A stretch of DNA of 64,000 nt, taken from NCBI GenBank assembly GCA_000002445.1, contig AL929603.2, positions 1,000,673-1,064,672 on the forward strand. The letters run 5' to 3'. Below the pieces are notes generated by a model. The model was given only the letters and a program-made list of their open reading frames with translations, made no database searches and was not told the origin of the DNA. This document shows positions 1 to 12,592 of this stretch, piece by piece. Positions within the stretch are counted from its first letter, which is position 1, and each line of letters starts with the position of its first letter. Origin of the DNA: Trypanosoma brucei. Taxonomy: Eukaryota. Both the position numbers and the translations under genes were made by a program.

Positions 1-3000
1 TCTACAGGGTCGTCTTGACCTAAAGGAAGAGTGTCAATAATCCAATTCAAGTTCATACCCTCCGCACCAACCGGAGTCTTTACGTCCCCTAGTTTCATTT
101 TAGGGGCGATCGTCTGAGATGGACGTCTGCAACGTCAATAGTATTAAAGGTTTTCAAAACCAACGATAGCTTCGTTCTCGTCAGCAGCCGGCCCGATTTC
201 CCGCTATATGGTATGCGACCCGAGCTCATTTCCGGGGAAGAGAAATCCGAGGCCGGCGAAAGGCCGCAAAGCCAATCGCACACATACGGGAGGGTCGGTT
301 CATGTCTTCCCTCCAGGCTGTTCACTTCAATCGCACTGAGCCGCCCAAGTTCACTTCTTGCCGAATGGAAATGTCTGTATTCGTGACGGTCAGTGCTTTA
401 CCTCCTTTCTTTTTGTTTTAGAGCGTGTCCACGCACATTAATTTCTTGTTCGCACCCGTGACTGAACACCCTGACGCCATTTAAACTATTCAATAGCAGT
501 GCCCCAGGTTGCTGGCTAGAGCACGTACTTCTTTTCCCTTTTTTCTTAAACAAACGCACACGCGTTCCGCTTCATCGCATCGGTTCAAGTTTTCGGAGTA
601 TTTAGTGCCGAGCGGCGATCGCCGTCTCATGGCAACAGTGTCCCCGCTGCCGCCAACAGCTTCAGCGGTGTCAGCTGTGGTATATGAAGGCCGTCCCTTT
701 GCTCTTTTCTTGGGTTGTGCGACCTTTTTTTTTTTTTCAGTCAGTCCATCTCTTCGAGGGAGGTTTCAGTTGCATCTTCAGCCGGTCCCTACAGGTGGGG
801 CTTTCGGCTCCATTATTCTGTTTTCGCAGCGCTTGTTTGTGTTTTCGCGGTAAACTCATCCCCCATTCCTCGGGCGCGTAGCCCCCATCGCCGGTCACGG
901 CGCTTGTCGATGCGCATCCATGCCCCTCCATACCCGTTTTTTAATTTTTTGTTTCTTTGCTTCCACACCGAGCCGCGTAGAATTCCTCGGCGAACTGTTT
1001 CATACACTCAGGTAGTTCCGGCCTCGATTTTCCACGGGATGGCAGACCGAGCTTTAACGTGCGTGCGGCCCGCTGCTTACTTTCTTCCGGGTGATCGCGC
1101 CTCCTCATTTTTATCCTCCGGAGCAATCCTTCTATTTGAGGAACGGGTGTGCACTCCTCATAAAGCTTCAGAGTCTACCGTATGTCCAGTGGCTGGGCAC
1201 TCGAAAGTGTTCGCGCCCTCTTGTTACGTTGAACCATTTTCAATCATCGAGGTGGCTCTTGAGGAACGAAGGAATCGCGTTGGTCGGATGAGTTGGTGCT
1301 TTCGTCTCTTCGCCATCAAGCTTCGCGGGGGCAATCCCACACAATTTCCGCCGCCAGCCAGCTCTGTGGAACACGTTCAAGTTTAAGTGGCATCTCGGCG
1401 CGAGTGGTGCTATCGAGGGTCTGTTGCGATTCGCGTAAGGCTATACAAAGGAATTAAGGGTATGCAAGCACGACGCGGCTGGTCTTTGTGCCGCGTGTTG
1501 CCGTATTCGGAGCTTGCAGAACAGTGTTCTGCGTCCGTGGGAATTCCATTGGTCCCCATTTTCCTCCAAAAAGTCGGTGTAGTTTCGAACTAGATATTCG
1601 TCGGGCAGTCCGTGTGTGGCGTCTATGGGCCAGAGTGCCTCCACCCATTTATTTGGGAGCAACCTCATACGATTTGCAATTGGTGTTGTGTGCCTCTGGC
1701 CCTTGTGGGGAGGAATGGAGGCGTCCAGGTGACAAACCGGTGCGGCGCGCTGTGTTTCGCATAAGTACTGGATTTATTCACTGTTAGTTCTGGAGGTTGG
1801 CTAGTTGCTTGTGTGCGCAGTCAGGTCAGAAACTCGTTTTTTTTCCACATTCAGTGTCTGCGTGAAATGTATCAATGCCTCTTTATCAAATCTGTTTCTG
1901 GACACACTCCACAGTTATGGGTACGTCAGTGATCACCATGACTGCTCAAACCGAGCACCAACAGTAGAACCACCGCGATTTGCTGACGCAAGAAGAGGTT
2001 TCACTGAAATAGCCGGAGTGCGGCGTTCCATTTTCGAAGCCGAAAACATTAAGTGATCTGCGCGGGTTGGATGACGTTTACTTCATGGAGAGTGATTTCT
2101 TTTTTGGAAACTACAGATCAAGGTGGATGCATGTCAAGAGTGCCCGTCAGTGTGGGAACACGAGTGCTGGCGTAGGTGAGAAAATGGGGGATGGAATTGT
2201 GGGATGTAACGACGAAACAAGAGGTTAGGTACTCTGCAAGAGTAGGTTGTTATATGTCCTTCTCTCTTGCTTCCCACTGCTGGACTGCTCATGTGAGCCC
2301 AATTGTTTCTGTCATGCTAACGTTGTTAGTTAACTTATCTGGAGAGTTGAACGTCTAATTCACTTCAAAAATAAGCAAAAGGGCGTATGCGAATTTGTTC
2401 CTTGTCGTTACTACACGCTCTACCCTCTCAAAGAGTAATTTGATTCCATATTATATCCTTTTTTGTTTGGCGAAAGGTGATACGACTCCCGTTCTGTTGT
2501 TGTTTACTTTGTTACGTGGTCGGGTGATGTGTATGCACAGGTACTGCCTTGGAAGTGCAATTATACCTGTGACGTCTCAAACGTTCAGAACTCCGTTGTT
2601 TTCTGGTTATAAAACAAAGGCTGCGAATCTACACTAATGCTGTTTTGTGGGTTACTTCGGTTTGCAGCTTGTTACAAGAGCAGTGTGCTTTGACGGTTTT
2701 TTAAATTCGCTTTATTTTTTTAATAATTATGGGTTAAGTCATGATTGCGCGGTATTTTCAACAGTAGGTTTTGTTATTTTTACAGTTTGGAACAACAAAT
2801 GAAGTGCTGAACACCCCTTTTTTGGTTTTGTATATATATATTTCTACTTCGTCACAGCACTTTAGAATTGTGTGCCGTAATGAGTAAGAGAAAAAATATG
2901 AGCTCTTCTTAAAATTATAAAAATGTTTTTGTGATTTCAAACAGCTTCGCGGAATGACTGTTGTGTACCATTTTCACCAAGTAAACATTTTTATGATTTC

Positions 3001-3635
3001 CTCTTTTTCCGCGCACGGCATACCTGTCCAACACGGGGTTTAGCACTGCACCAATAACTATCTTGAAGGTGTCGTACAGTTGTCTTTCAATGATTTAGTA
3101 TTAGCAGGGGTAAGGTTGAGGTTCACGGGAGGGATGGGAATAGCCACATACAACATGTGTAAAGGAAACTGTCATACAATGCACTCAAGGATTATCTTGC
3201 AGTCATACGCGTCATTTGAACTTTGTGTAACCTTGTTGTACTGTTGAGTGCTTTTGTGCTACTTTTTTTCTCCTGTCTATTTCAATTAGTATGCGTTCTT
3301 TCTTTGTTGGAAGGTTAATGGGAGGTAAAGAGGCCTTTTTTAAACCTCGTATTCGCATTTAGCAGTCGGCACAATGTATATGCCTTCTTAACGTAGGTGA
3401 TGCCAGGTACGTATATATTTTTGTGTTTACGGTAGTCTGCGGTACAAGTAGACCAAGTGAACTGTGTGCTCTTCGATCATGACCAACAACGGCGCTCCAT
3501 GTGTTTTGCAATATTTTTGTCGCTGGTGTTTCCACCGTACACTTGTTTCTTTCGATACCTTTTTTCAGCGAAAATTTCCACCCTTTTTCCCCTTTTTAGT
3601 AACTCATTTACTAGAGAGGCAAGTGAAAGCATAAC

Positions 3636-4451
3636 ATGACAACTGAAGAGGGAAAAGTAGAGACACCAGTGGCCAAAGGAGCGTTTAGCCCGACGCGCCA
3701 CGTCATGTTTGCCGACGAGGTCACGGAAGTGCAACCACAACACAATGATATGAACGCCGGCAATGGGTTGGATGCTGTAGAGGGAAACCACACCAATCAC
3801 GAGGAAGTGCCCCATCATTTGCGTCAAAATTACGGCACCGGTGGCGATTCAAATGACAACGGTGAAGCGGGTGAAGGAGATTTCGGCCGTGGTAAAAGAG
3901 GTGGTCGTAATCGAAACCGTAGGCGTCACAATGCGAAACCAATTTTGAAGGCTCTCGTGACGGAGGCCAATTCCGAAGCGGATGCTGAAGAGGACTTGCG
4001 CGTGCGCACGACACTTGTGGTAGCGGAAGAAAATGCCCAACGCCTTCGCGTTGAACATCAGGAACTTGAAGATCACGCTGATATTGGTTCACTCTTCAAG
4101 GCATCTGACAAGACCTTGTGGGGCCGTTATTCACTAAAAGGTAAGCGAGTGATGAATACTTCCAGTGAAGAAGGCACTCCCATGAGATATTCGACAATGT
4201 GTGATGCTTCAACGACTTCAGACAACTTGAGCTGGAGAAATCAAGAGGAAATGCAAGACGCATCAACGCAAGCTGAATTTGAGGAGATTGTTGAAGACAC
4301 ACCGAGGGCCATCAGTGGTTCGGGTCCGCTGGCGAGATTACTTGGGGGGGTTGGTGGTCACCGTGACGAGTGGTATCGGCGTATTTGGAAATTATTTGTG
4401 CTTCTTGTTGTTCTTTTTTATGTGCGCCGGTTTGTTCCTCGGCTGCGGTAA
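3636..4451 (+). CDS. Hypothetical acidic protein, 271 aa. It has a basic RGG/RNRNRRR patch, a coiled region, and a single C-terminal hydrophobic segment (WKLFVLLVVLFYV), suggesting a tail-anchored membrane protein.
   Basis: Long uninterrupted ORF; a 271-codon random ORF is improbable at this GC. It shares strand with the downstream gene block and is preceded by a polypyrimidine-rich stretch. No family was recognised. Confidence 0.45.
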   Translation: MTTEEGKVETPVAKGAFSPTRHVMFADEVTEVQPQHNDMNAGNGLDAVEGNHTNHEEVPHHLRQNYGTGGDSNDNGEAGEGDFGRGKRGGRNRNRRRHNAKPILKALVTEANSEADAEEDLRVRTTLVVAEENAQRLRVEHQELEDHADIGSLFKASDKTLWGRYSLKGKRVMNTSSEEGTPMRYSTMCDASTTSDNLSWRNQEEMQDASTQAEFEEIVEDTPRAISGSGPLARLLGGVGGHRDEWYRRIWKLFVLLVVLFYVRRFVPRLR

Positions 4452-7062
4452 CTAGTTTGTGATGCAGAGGCTGTGCCTTCTACGGAGTAACACTGTATAT
4501 GACTGTATTTATCTGTGTCCTATTTGTCATGCAACGCAACATGTAAGCGAAGCGGTTTCTCCTCAGTGCCTGCGATGTCAGACATGTTGCTCACTTAGTG
4601 GGGGTAGCATATATGTATATATTTGTGGTGTCATTTTCTTGCAAGACGGACGGTTTCACGTACTAAGAAAAAAGTGTGTGTGTTCGGGGTTAAATATTTC
4701 TATGCAGACAGCAGTGCCACGGTAGTTGGAGTCTCTGCTATTGAAGACTGAAAATTCAGCTTTAAGATAAGATATAGCAAAAAGAGAAAAGAGAACACTT
4801 GATCGAACTAAACAAATCACTATTGCGGAGGGCTTAGTCAGCGGTATCAATGCAAATAAATACATGTGCGTGCATACATATATGTGTATGTGAGTGAGCC
4901 GATTGCCGGCGTGCGTGGCGTAGGTAAAGGAAGGTGATCACATCACCCCCATTTTGCGAAGCGAGGAGAGCGCACAGTTCGGTTGGTTAGCGAGTAGGAG
5001 TAAAAATTGAAGGAAGGACCTTGTCATACTTTGCATTATTTGGAAGTCATAGCACTGTTTCCCGCCCCATTCAAAAGAAAATTTGTTTACATGTTTCGTA
5101 ACAGAGATAGAAACACGGTTTCCACTGTCGTCACCTCCTTCGTTTCAAACCCTATTTCATCCATTTGTTTCCTCTCCCTTTTCGATAGTTTGTGAAAGCC
5201 ACAACCACCTTTTTTTGTACCTTAGTTTACTCTCGTGTCACCACCGAGCTACCAGTTGCATGTCTGGCTAGGCATATGCCGACACATTTTTAGTGGAATC
5301 GCCGTTGACACAATTTGCCAATCAGTGTCTCAGTGCTTGGGTTATAAACGTGCATAACTCGGACACCGGACACGAGCTTGTGCTGAAAATTGTGTCCCTG
5401 TTGTCATCCAGAGGTTCAGGGAGTTTACATTTTGAAGAATGAGGGTCTTCGATTGACTTCCTGGGACGTATCGAATACGTCAAGCACAGTCGAATGCAGT
5501 AAAGCAGTGCCTTGTCGAGAATACATCGAGACAATGGCAGCAGACACACTACTCTACTTCATTTGGTAGTGTAGCATTATTTTTTTTATTTTTGTCCGAA
5601 TACTTTCGTATCCCAACACCAGAGGCTTCTCGAGCTGTTTGCCTTGTTTTGGCTTATGGTGCTATGGTTGTGTGGCCAAGAAGTGAGGTCACAGTTCGCT
5701 AAGGGATGTGCACCAGCACGTTAACGGGGCGGGTATGGGTGCAGTTGTGTTGTATGCATACATCTGTCGGTGTGCCGAGTTATCCTATAGAGCGCAAACG
5801 CCAACCGGTGGGCCGGGAAGTAGAACAGGAGTGTTCATTTCGTTTGAGCCGGAGCGGAAGCAGTGGGTCACAGCACCCAGCTCAAAGAAGGGGAGTTAAC
5901 TGAGGTGTGTGATTATTGAGAAAGGAACTGAAATTGTTGGGAATTGAAGCATCCCGAACTTTCCCCATCCCTTTGGTCATCAGACAGCCGTAATGATTTT
6001 CCCACAATGGGCTCTGTGCAAAGTTCATTTGCTCTAATGGCTGAGATGTGATTCTCGCCCTCGCGCGATCAGCGGGGAGGAACAGCACCGTTACATTGAG
6101 TTAGGAGCCATGTTTAGTTCAACTTTTTCTGTCACTGGGAGTTGATCAGAATGAGAGGATGTGATTTTTATTTCCCCTTAATGGTGTACATTATGTGCGA
6201 CACTGGCGTGTGTCAATTTTAACAGCTAGAATCGTTGGTTTAATTTGCTGTGCGCTAATTAGAGTCGTCGTACGCTCAGGGAAAGGTGGCGCATGCTCTT
6301 CTGGGAAGGGCTGTTTCTCAACTAACCCAGATTAATTGGTTGCTTTGTTGGGTGTGTGTGTGTAATTCCTTTATGTGTTAATTCTCTAGTGAGGTATCTA
6401 GTGCTCTGCCGCTTGGTCACTGTCTCTGTACAGGTGTGGAAGTTGCCATCATCTGATGCCGACCACCCCGTTTCGATGTTAACAAAGACAGTGTTTCTTA
6501 CACGCACCGGGAAAACACTATTTGATGGCGCGTTTACTTGACTAGCCCCATGCTTCTTACGGCCAGCGTATGTAACGCCTTCCAGGAATGGATGAACCGA
6601 ATCGGAGGTGGCAGTGTCTTCAGCCACTTCGCAAGGGACTTAAAGGAACGACAAAGTTGTGTTGTATTGGTGGGGTTCTTCTTCCCGTATCTTCATTTGA
6701 CCGTAAGTTTCCACGACTATTGAAGGGCTCTGTGTTGCGCAATTGAAAATGCGTGTTGTTATGCGATTCTGATATGCTTTTGTAGTCCCGTTTTACTGAT
6801 TTTTCCTCCCCACAAAAGTGGAGGAGCATCCCGTTTTTTTTTCTCGCCGGGGCCAGTCGCCGCTGGTGCGCTGCTGGCTTCTATGGTTGGCTGCCAGGTT
6901 CCGGAGCATTTAGTCCCTAAAGTTCCACGGCAGCGAAGGATTGTGTCTCCCTCCTCTGTTAATCAGTGTCACCACCGGTGTGCATTTCCACGCTATTGCG
7001 CGTACGAAGACTCACTTGCTCCGTATCTCTTTCCCTTTATTTATTTAATATTGTAACCCCTT

Positions 7063-9339
7063 TTGGTGGAGCATTTATTTCCATATAGGGTAGCATTTAC
7101 CTTCAGTGAAATAAAAAGAACAAAGACAGGGATGGGTGGTGTGGTCGGCAAGATACCTGTTCTGCTTCGTGGTGGTAAGACTGTGGATGGACTTAACTTC
7201 CATGGCATGGTACCCATTGATACGGAAGAGCTTACCGAATTGTTGACTGTGTTAAACTGTCGAGGATACGATACGAAGGTGGAAGTCCATCCTTTACCTG
7301 CTGGCTTTCCCCATACGGGTGAGGTATTCAGCACATATGAACTTGTACTGAGGGGTATAGTGCTTGAACGTGGTGATTTGGAGTTCATAGGAAATTATGC
7401 ATCACTTAACAAACTGCATTTTATCGAATGTTCGGGCTCATGCGACCTGGGTATGTTGTCGGGGCATTCGTTTCTTTCAGAGTTGCGCGTGGACGTTGAT
7501 GGTGAAGTGAGCCATTATAAAGCGCTGCGGGAGCTCCCTTCGTTGAGAACCCTTTGGCTGCGCAACAGTAACATGACACTCACTGATTTCTTTCATGTGG
7601 GGGAAGTAGATACATTGGAAAGCCTTACCCTTCGAGGAGCGTTGAACTTCAAGTGTCTGGAGGCTGTAGCGAGGTTGCCGCGGTTGAGGGCGCTGGATTT
7701 GAGTGAGACATTGGTCAATGATAAATGCCTCCACGCTATAAGCGCCTGCAAAACCCTGCAGCAACTTGGCCTCAGCTCCTGCAAGCGGCTGCGAGATGTT
7801 AGCCCCCTTACTCAGATTGCCAGTTTGGAGGAGTTGAACCTTAGTCACTGTGAAAATCTTAAGGAAGTGGGTGCCCTTTACAGACTTAGCCACTTATTTA
7901 GGTTAGACCTTAGGGGTGTGCACCTCACTTATCGTGTTGTTTACAGTCTAAGCAAGTGCACGGGACTGACTGAGCTTTACGTTTCATCCTGCGAAGGGTT
8001 ATCGGGCGTGGCTTGGCTTTCCAACCTTGAATCGCTAGGGGATTTGGATGTTCAGTGGCGTAAAAACTTGAAGCATACTGGGGACGTTCTTGCCTGCTTG
8101 CCGTTGCTACGAGTGCTGGATTTGAGCGGCACATCGATTAGCAACGAATCCCTTTGGAATATTAGTGAAAGTAAGCTTCTGAGAAGGCTTGACCTCTCGT
8201 TCTGTGGCGGTGTGAAAGATATAAGCCCGATATCAGATATTGTAACACTAGAAGAGTTGAATCTTAAGGGTTGCACGAGTATTACCGAAGGAGTGGATAA
8301 ACTTGGAAATTTAGTGAATCTTCATATACTGAATATGAGTAACACCCCTCTTCAATCCGGTTTTCTCTACAATATCAGCAGCATCGAAAGTCTCGTGGAA
8401 CTTGATCTTTCTTCATGCTGGGGTGTAGCATCATTGGATTCTTCAGTGCAGACAGCGGTGCGTATGCGGAAGGGTTCCTATCCATTAGCGCGTCACATCG
8501 AAGGCATAAATGCGCTTGGAAGGCTCCCGAAACTTCGATTGCTAAACATGAGTAGCACTCCCGTAACAGATGAGTGCCTTCATGGATTGCAAATGTGCAA
8601 GAGTTTGGTGTGGCTCAATCTTTCTTTATGTGCCAACCTCACGGATGTAAGTCCCCTTTCAAGTGTCAAAACACTGGAGGAAGTAGACCTCGGTTGTTGT
8701 GGAAACTTGAAGTGGGGTGCAGGTTCCCTCCGCCGACTGCCACAGTTACGCATCCTGGATTTAAAAAATACAGTCATTACTGATCACTGCCTTGGTGATG
8801 TCACTTACGGAGGGGGCGTGGTTAGTCGAATGTTGGGACGGTGTGGGATGGCTGACCTGAGTTTTTCTCGTTGGTCCATCCGTCGTGGTGGCAATTTGGT
8901 GAGGTTGGACCTCTCGTCGTGCTGGGGGCTCACTGATATTGCCCATCTGACAAGCATAACCACACTGGAGGAGTTGAGATTTACGGGATGCAGAAACTTA
9001 AAGGATGGTGTGGATGCCCTCGGCCAATTACCAGTTCTTCACCTGCTGGACTTGAGTGGCACTTCCATAACCGATGACTCTCTCCAAGGATTAAGTACGT
9101 GTAGAAGCCTCGTCACGCTTAATATTTCGTCGTGCGCTAACCTAACAGATGTAAGTCCTCTTTCACGGATTTCATCACTTGAGGAACTAAACCTTCAGAA
9201 AAGCAAACATATCAGGAGAGGCATCGATGAATTAGTGAGCCTTCCGCGTTTGTACCTTGTATATTTGTGTAGAGCAGACTTTAGCCGCGGAGTCGCAGAA
9301 GAGTTAGAAAAACGCGGTATTGTAGTTAAACAAATGTAA
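7063..9339 (+). CDS. Leucine-rich repeat protein of the trypanosome subtelomeric LRRP/ESAG8-related family. No RING finger is visible, so LRRP rather than ESAG8 proper.
   Basis: A 758-aa ORF with >20 tandem ~23-25 aa repeats of the pattern L..L.L..C..L.D.S.L......L..L.L. Repeats carry recurring cysteines (LSSCxxLTDVSPLS, LDLSGTSITD). A polypyrimidine tract (7021-7060) precedes the ORF. The likely true start is the Met at 7132 (MGGVVGKIPVLL). Confidence 0.85.
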   Translation: MVEHLFPYRVAFTFSEIKRTKTGMGGVVGKIPVLLRGGKTVDGLNFHGMVPIDTEELTELLTVLNCRGYDTKVEVHPLPAGFPHTGEVFSTYELVLRGIVLERGDLEFIGNYASLNKLHFIECSGSCDLGMLSGHSFLSELRVDVDGEVSHYKALRELPSLRTLWLRNSNMTLTDFFHVGEVDTLESLTLRGALNFKCLEAVARLPRLRALDLSETLVNDKCLHAISACKTLQQLGLSSCKRLRDVSPLTQIASLEELNLSHCENLKEVGALYRLSHLFRLDLRGVHLTYRVVYSLSKCTGLTELYVSSCEGLSGVAWLSNLESLGDLDVQWRKNLKHTGDVLACLPLLRVLDLSGTSISNESLWNISESKLLRRLDLSFCGGVKDISPISDIVTLEELNLKGCTSITEGVDKLGNLVNLHILNMSNTPLQSGFLYNISSIESLVELDLSSCWGVASLDSSVQTAVRMRKGSYPLARHIEGINALGRLPKLRLLNMSSTPVTDECLHGLQMCKSLVWLNLSLCANLTDVSPLSSVKTLEEVDLGCCGNLKWGAGSLRRLPQLRILDLKNTVITDHCLGDVTYGGGVVSRMLGRCGMADLSFSRWSIRRGGNLVRLDLSSCWGLTDIAHLTSITTLEELRFTGCRNLKDGVDALGQLPVLHLLDLSGTSITDDSLQGLSTCRSLVTLNISSCANLTDVSPLSRISSLEELNLQKSKHIRRGIDELVSLPRLYLVYLCRADFSRGVAEELEKRGIVVKQM

Positions 9340-12300
9340 ACACTTGTACGAATTTAGTGAGTGCTTTCTTAGGGCTGACTCGGGGTTCTGCAGTTCATAT
9401 CGGCGCTCTGCGTCCCTGTTCCCGTGTTACTCTTGGTACAAGCTGCATCTCCCCTTTCTCCACTTCCCCAGCATTAGTTGCTAAATTTATATTCACTTAT
9501 TATGTCAAAAGATCATTGGAGTGTTGTGCAGTTGACTTTGTAAACGCCCCTTTTTACAAAAGCATAGGTATGAGCTGGGCGTATCTCTGCGGTGCCAGTG
9601 GACGTGTATATGTTGATGGAGCAGTCGGCTGGTGTCAAACTTCTTTTTTTCTGGCGTTTTCACTTTGGTGCCGTTCTTCCTGGTGGGGCGGTTACCATCC
9701 CTCATGATGTACTCGTGTTCCTTCTTTCCCCTTCTTTTTCTTTTTCCTCACTTGGCGTCTGCCAAATAAAATCCAGGCAATATCCGAGATGCTTGTTGAA
9801 TTTTCAACCTTACAACTGTGGCTTATATGCTGCAGACGGTTAGGGTGCGCCCAAACTTGCCTGGAAATACTAAGACACTATACTTTGTTTTTTTTCTTTA
9901 TCTATGCGAGTGGGCCTTCCTAAAAAATACGGTACCGTTTCGGCAGGCCCCGTGTGGTGAAGGGCTCCACATTTTGTGTGAGAACTGTCGATATCCCTCT
10001 TATCACCTGCTTTGATGTCTTACACATCTTGTTCTTTGCTTAGTTTTCCTTTTGTTTTATTAGGATCAAACTGTGAATCCAGCAGCTAGCCCACTGTACT
10101 GGGGGATTCACCGTGTTTGTTTGCTTGTGCGTGTGGATCCGTGCTTGTGTTGGGTGCTGTTGCTTTCCGTAAAGTAATCCTGAAACACCAAGGACTGATT
10201 TCGTAGGAACCATAAAAGCAATTTTGCTTCTTTGGAGGTGGGTATCACCATTTTAGTAGTTGCTTAGACACCTGTGATTTCTTTTTTGGGACATATGCGC
10301 GTTGCTATACGGTGACTGTTGAGGTTTGGCTGCCACTGCCTTAAAAAGCAAGAGGCTTTGAGCGGCATCATTCGCTGTGCCATCTTGTAGTGGAAGACTG
10401 GAATTTGAGTTTACTAACAACTAATGTGAGCTGCAAAAGCCGCATAGTTTGTGGGCACGCAAGAGTCTGTACGGTCGATCTTTACTCACCTGAAGTGTTT
10501 TTGTTTTGTTTTGTCGGTGTTTTTTTCCACTCGATGTGCGGACGTTAAATCCTTCGAAGGGTTGTGTTTTCACACATGTGGTTGAGGTGAATTGTTTAAA
10601 TTCTGGGATGTTGTGCGTGCAACACTACCATCCATATCAGTGGATGGGAATTAACGGGGAGATACCAGGGTTCCTATGCATCATGTGAGCAATTGCTTTC
10701 CCTGCTTGCCTTCGGGTAATGACTTCACAACGTACCTTGTGTCGTGTTTGGGAAAATATTCTAACATCTCTGAAGGGCGTCTGATGCGCGGGATGAGGGA
10801 TAACACCATTCATTTTTGGCTTAATGGAATAGTGATGGTACATTTATCCGCCATGTTCACACCATGAGAGAGGAAGCTACATCCCAACGAAATCATTCCA
10901 CCCCCTACGATGGTCGATCATATATGCCAAAATGTTCTGTGGATCTTTAAATAATGAGTGAAACGTTTACTAAACTTCTGAAACCTTGTGCAGGCGAAAT
11001 ATTGAGTAGATCCAACGGAAATAAGATATAGCTTACACACCTCATCGCTAAACGCCACAAAAGTTTCTGTGTGTGTGTGTGGTAAAGGAAACAAACACAG
11101 AAAAAAGGTATAGACGAGGAGAACCGTCTGTATTCTTGTATTTGAACAGTACAAAGTTCTGCGGCGGACACAACAGGTGTTCTGACGTTTTATGGCTGAC
11201 AGAAGCACAACATGCTCAAGCAAGAAAGGATTCACCCCTGAAATAGAGGGTGTGGAGCTATGAACATCACAGAAGTAACAAGGCGAGGAAATTGTGCGCT
11301 AACATCGCAAGAGAACAAGGGCTCTTTGTTACACACGAAGGGACAGTACTCTGTAGTGTATACGGATGCAAATGCCCACAGAGCAACCAAGTGGGCGGTG
11401 CGCATCAATTAAAACCGGACAGCAACAATCCAGCATCAGTACAAAGGCGGGCGCAACTTCAGTGCTCGTGCAAACAACTTAATACTGAAATGCGCGTTCT
11501 GCGGCATCTGTTCGGGGATGAAAAAAGGCCCTGCAATAAGTCAAGGGTTATAACCGTTGCAGTGAAGCGCTATCTGCAGGCATTCACGTCGTCAAAAGAC
11601 AGTATGAACTTAATAAAAATAATGGAACACAAAATGTCAAAACAAGAACTAATCCAACTGTCCCAACGGATGGAAGAAATGCAGCAGCGGATTCTGTAAA
11701 GTGAACGTATTGCAATTTCGTGGATGTACGAGGAGAGGCGTTGACTTTGAAAGCAAAAGCTCGACACTATCAAAAATCAACCGAAGGGAAACACCGCAAG
11801 TACAGAGCCATGATGGTAAGTGACAGAGGAAAGTGAAATACTACCAACTGATGCAACAGTTACTGTTGATGAAGGGGGAGCCCAATGCCCTCAGTACAAG
11901 CATTAACACGCATTGGTGAGTGGCGTGATCAACCACCTCAAGAAAAATGTAGAACACGTACCTCGTTACCAAATATCAGAGTCCAACAAAATCGTCACGG
12001 AGCTTCGGTATTGAAGTATTGAGTCTGCGCTTGTTAAGCCCTCATTGCTATAGAAAAAACAAAATAACACCTTAACTTTTACTTGCAGTTGAGGAGCTGC
12101 CAACATAAGCCGGTGCTTTCTTCATGCGAAGGAAACATAACGCCTCAAGGGCTGAGAGTGTATCAAGTGTTGACATGCCTCCACCTTCGCCCAACGGAAA
12201 AGGGCGTAGGAGTTTCGAACTGAATTCCACTAAACTCGTCACCGCGACGAGAGACTGACAACTTCCAAAAAACTGGCGGTGTGGTTTCCAAAGTTGGTAC

Positions 12301-12592
12301 GATTGGAACGGGTTCTAGCCTTTACGCCTTTGCTGCCAACAAGTTTGTACGGGCTGTGCGGTGCGATGTATTGATTACGCACATCCCACAACCCAGCAGG
12401 TGCGAGATCGATGAGTAGTCCTAAGTTTTTCTTAACTTCCAAATATCCAGAATGGGAAAAGAACCCTCCCAGCGGAAATGTTTCTAAGCGTGCTCTGTTT
12501 ATAATTTTTACACGAACGAAGCGAGAAAATGGCGACTTATCTTCGTAACTACTTTTTAAGAAAGGAGTTTAATTACATAAAGTGGAACAAAA

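Noticed and set aside
1-3600. Short ORFs (76-223 aa) in the first 3.6 kb.
   Set aside because: They are overlapping and low-complexity, with no conserved motifs. The region is treated as non-coding or decayed.
7041-9339. Multiple antisense ORFs (7041..7388 -, 7477..7893 -, 8580..8777 -, and others) overlapping the LRRP gene.
   Set aside because: The sense LRR ORF is long and repeat-structured. The antisense ORFs are short and featureless.
11250-11699. A 149-aa ORF with a Gln/Glu-rich end.
   Set aside because: It has no signal, no paralog and no family features, and has a weak start context. It is kept out of the feature list.
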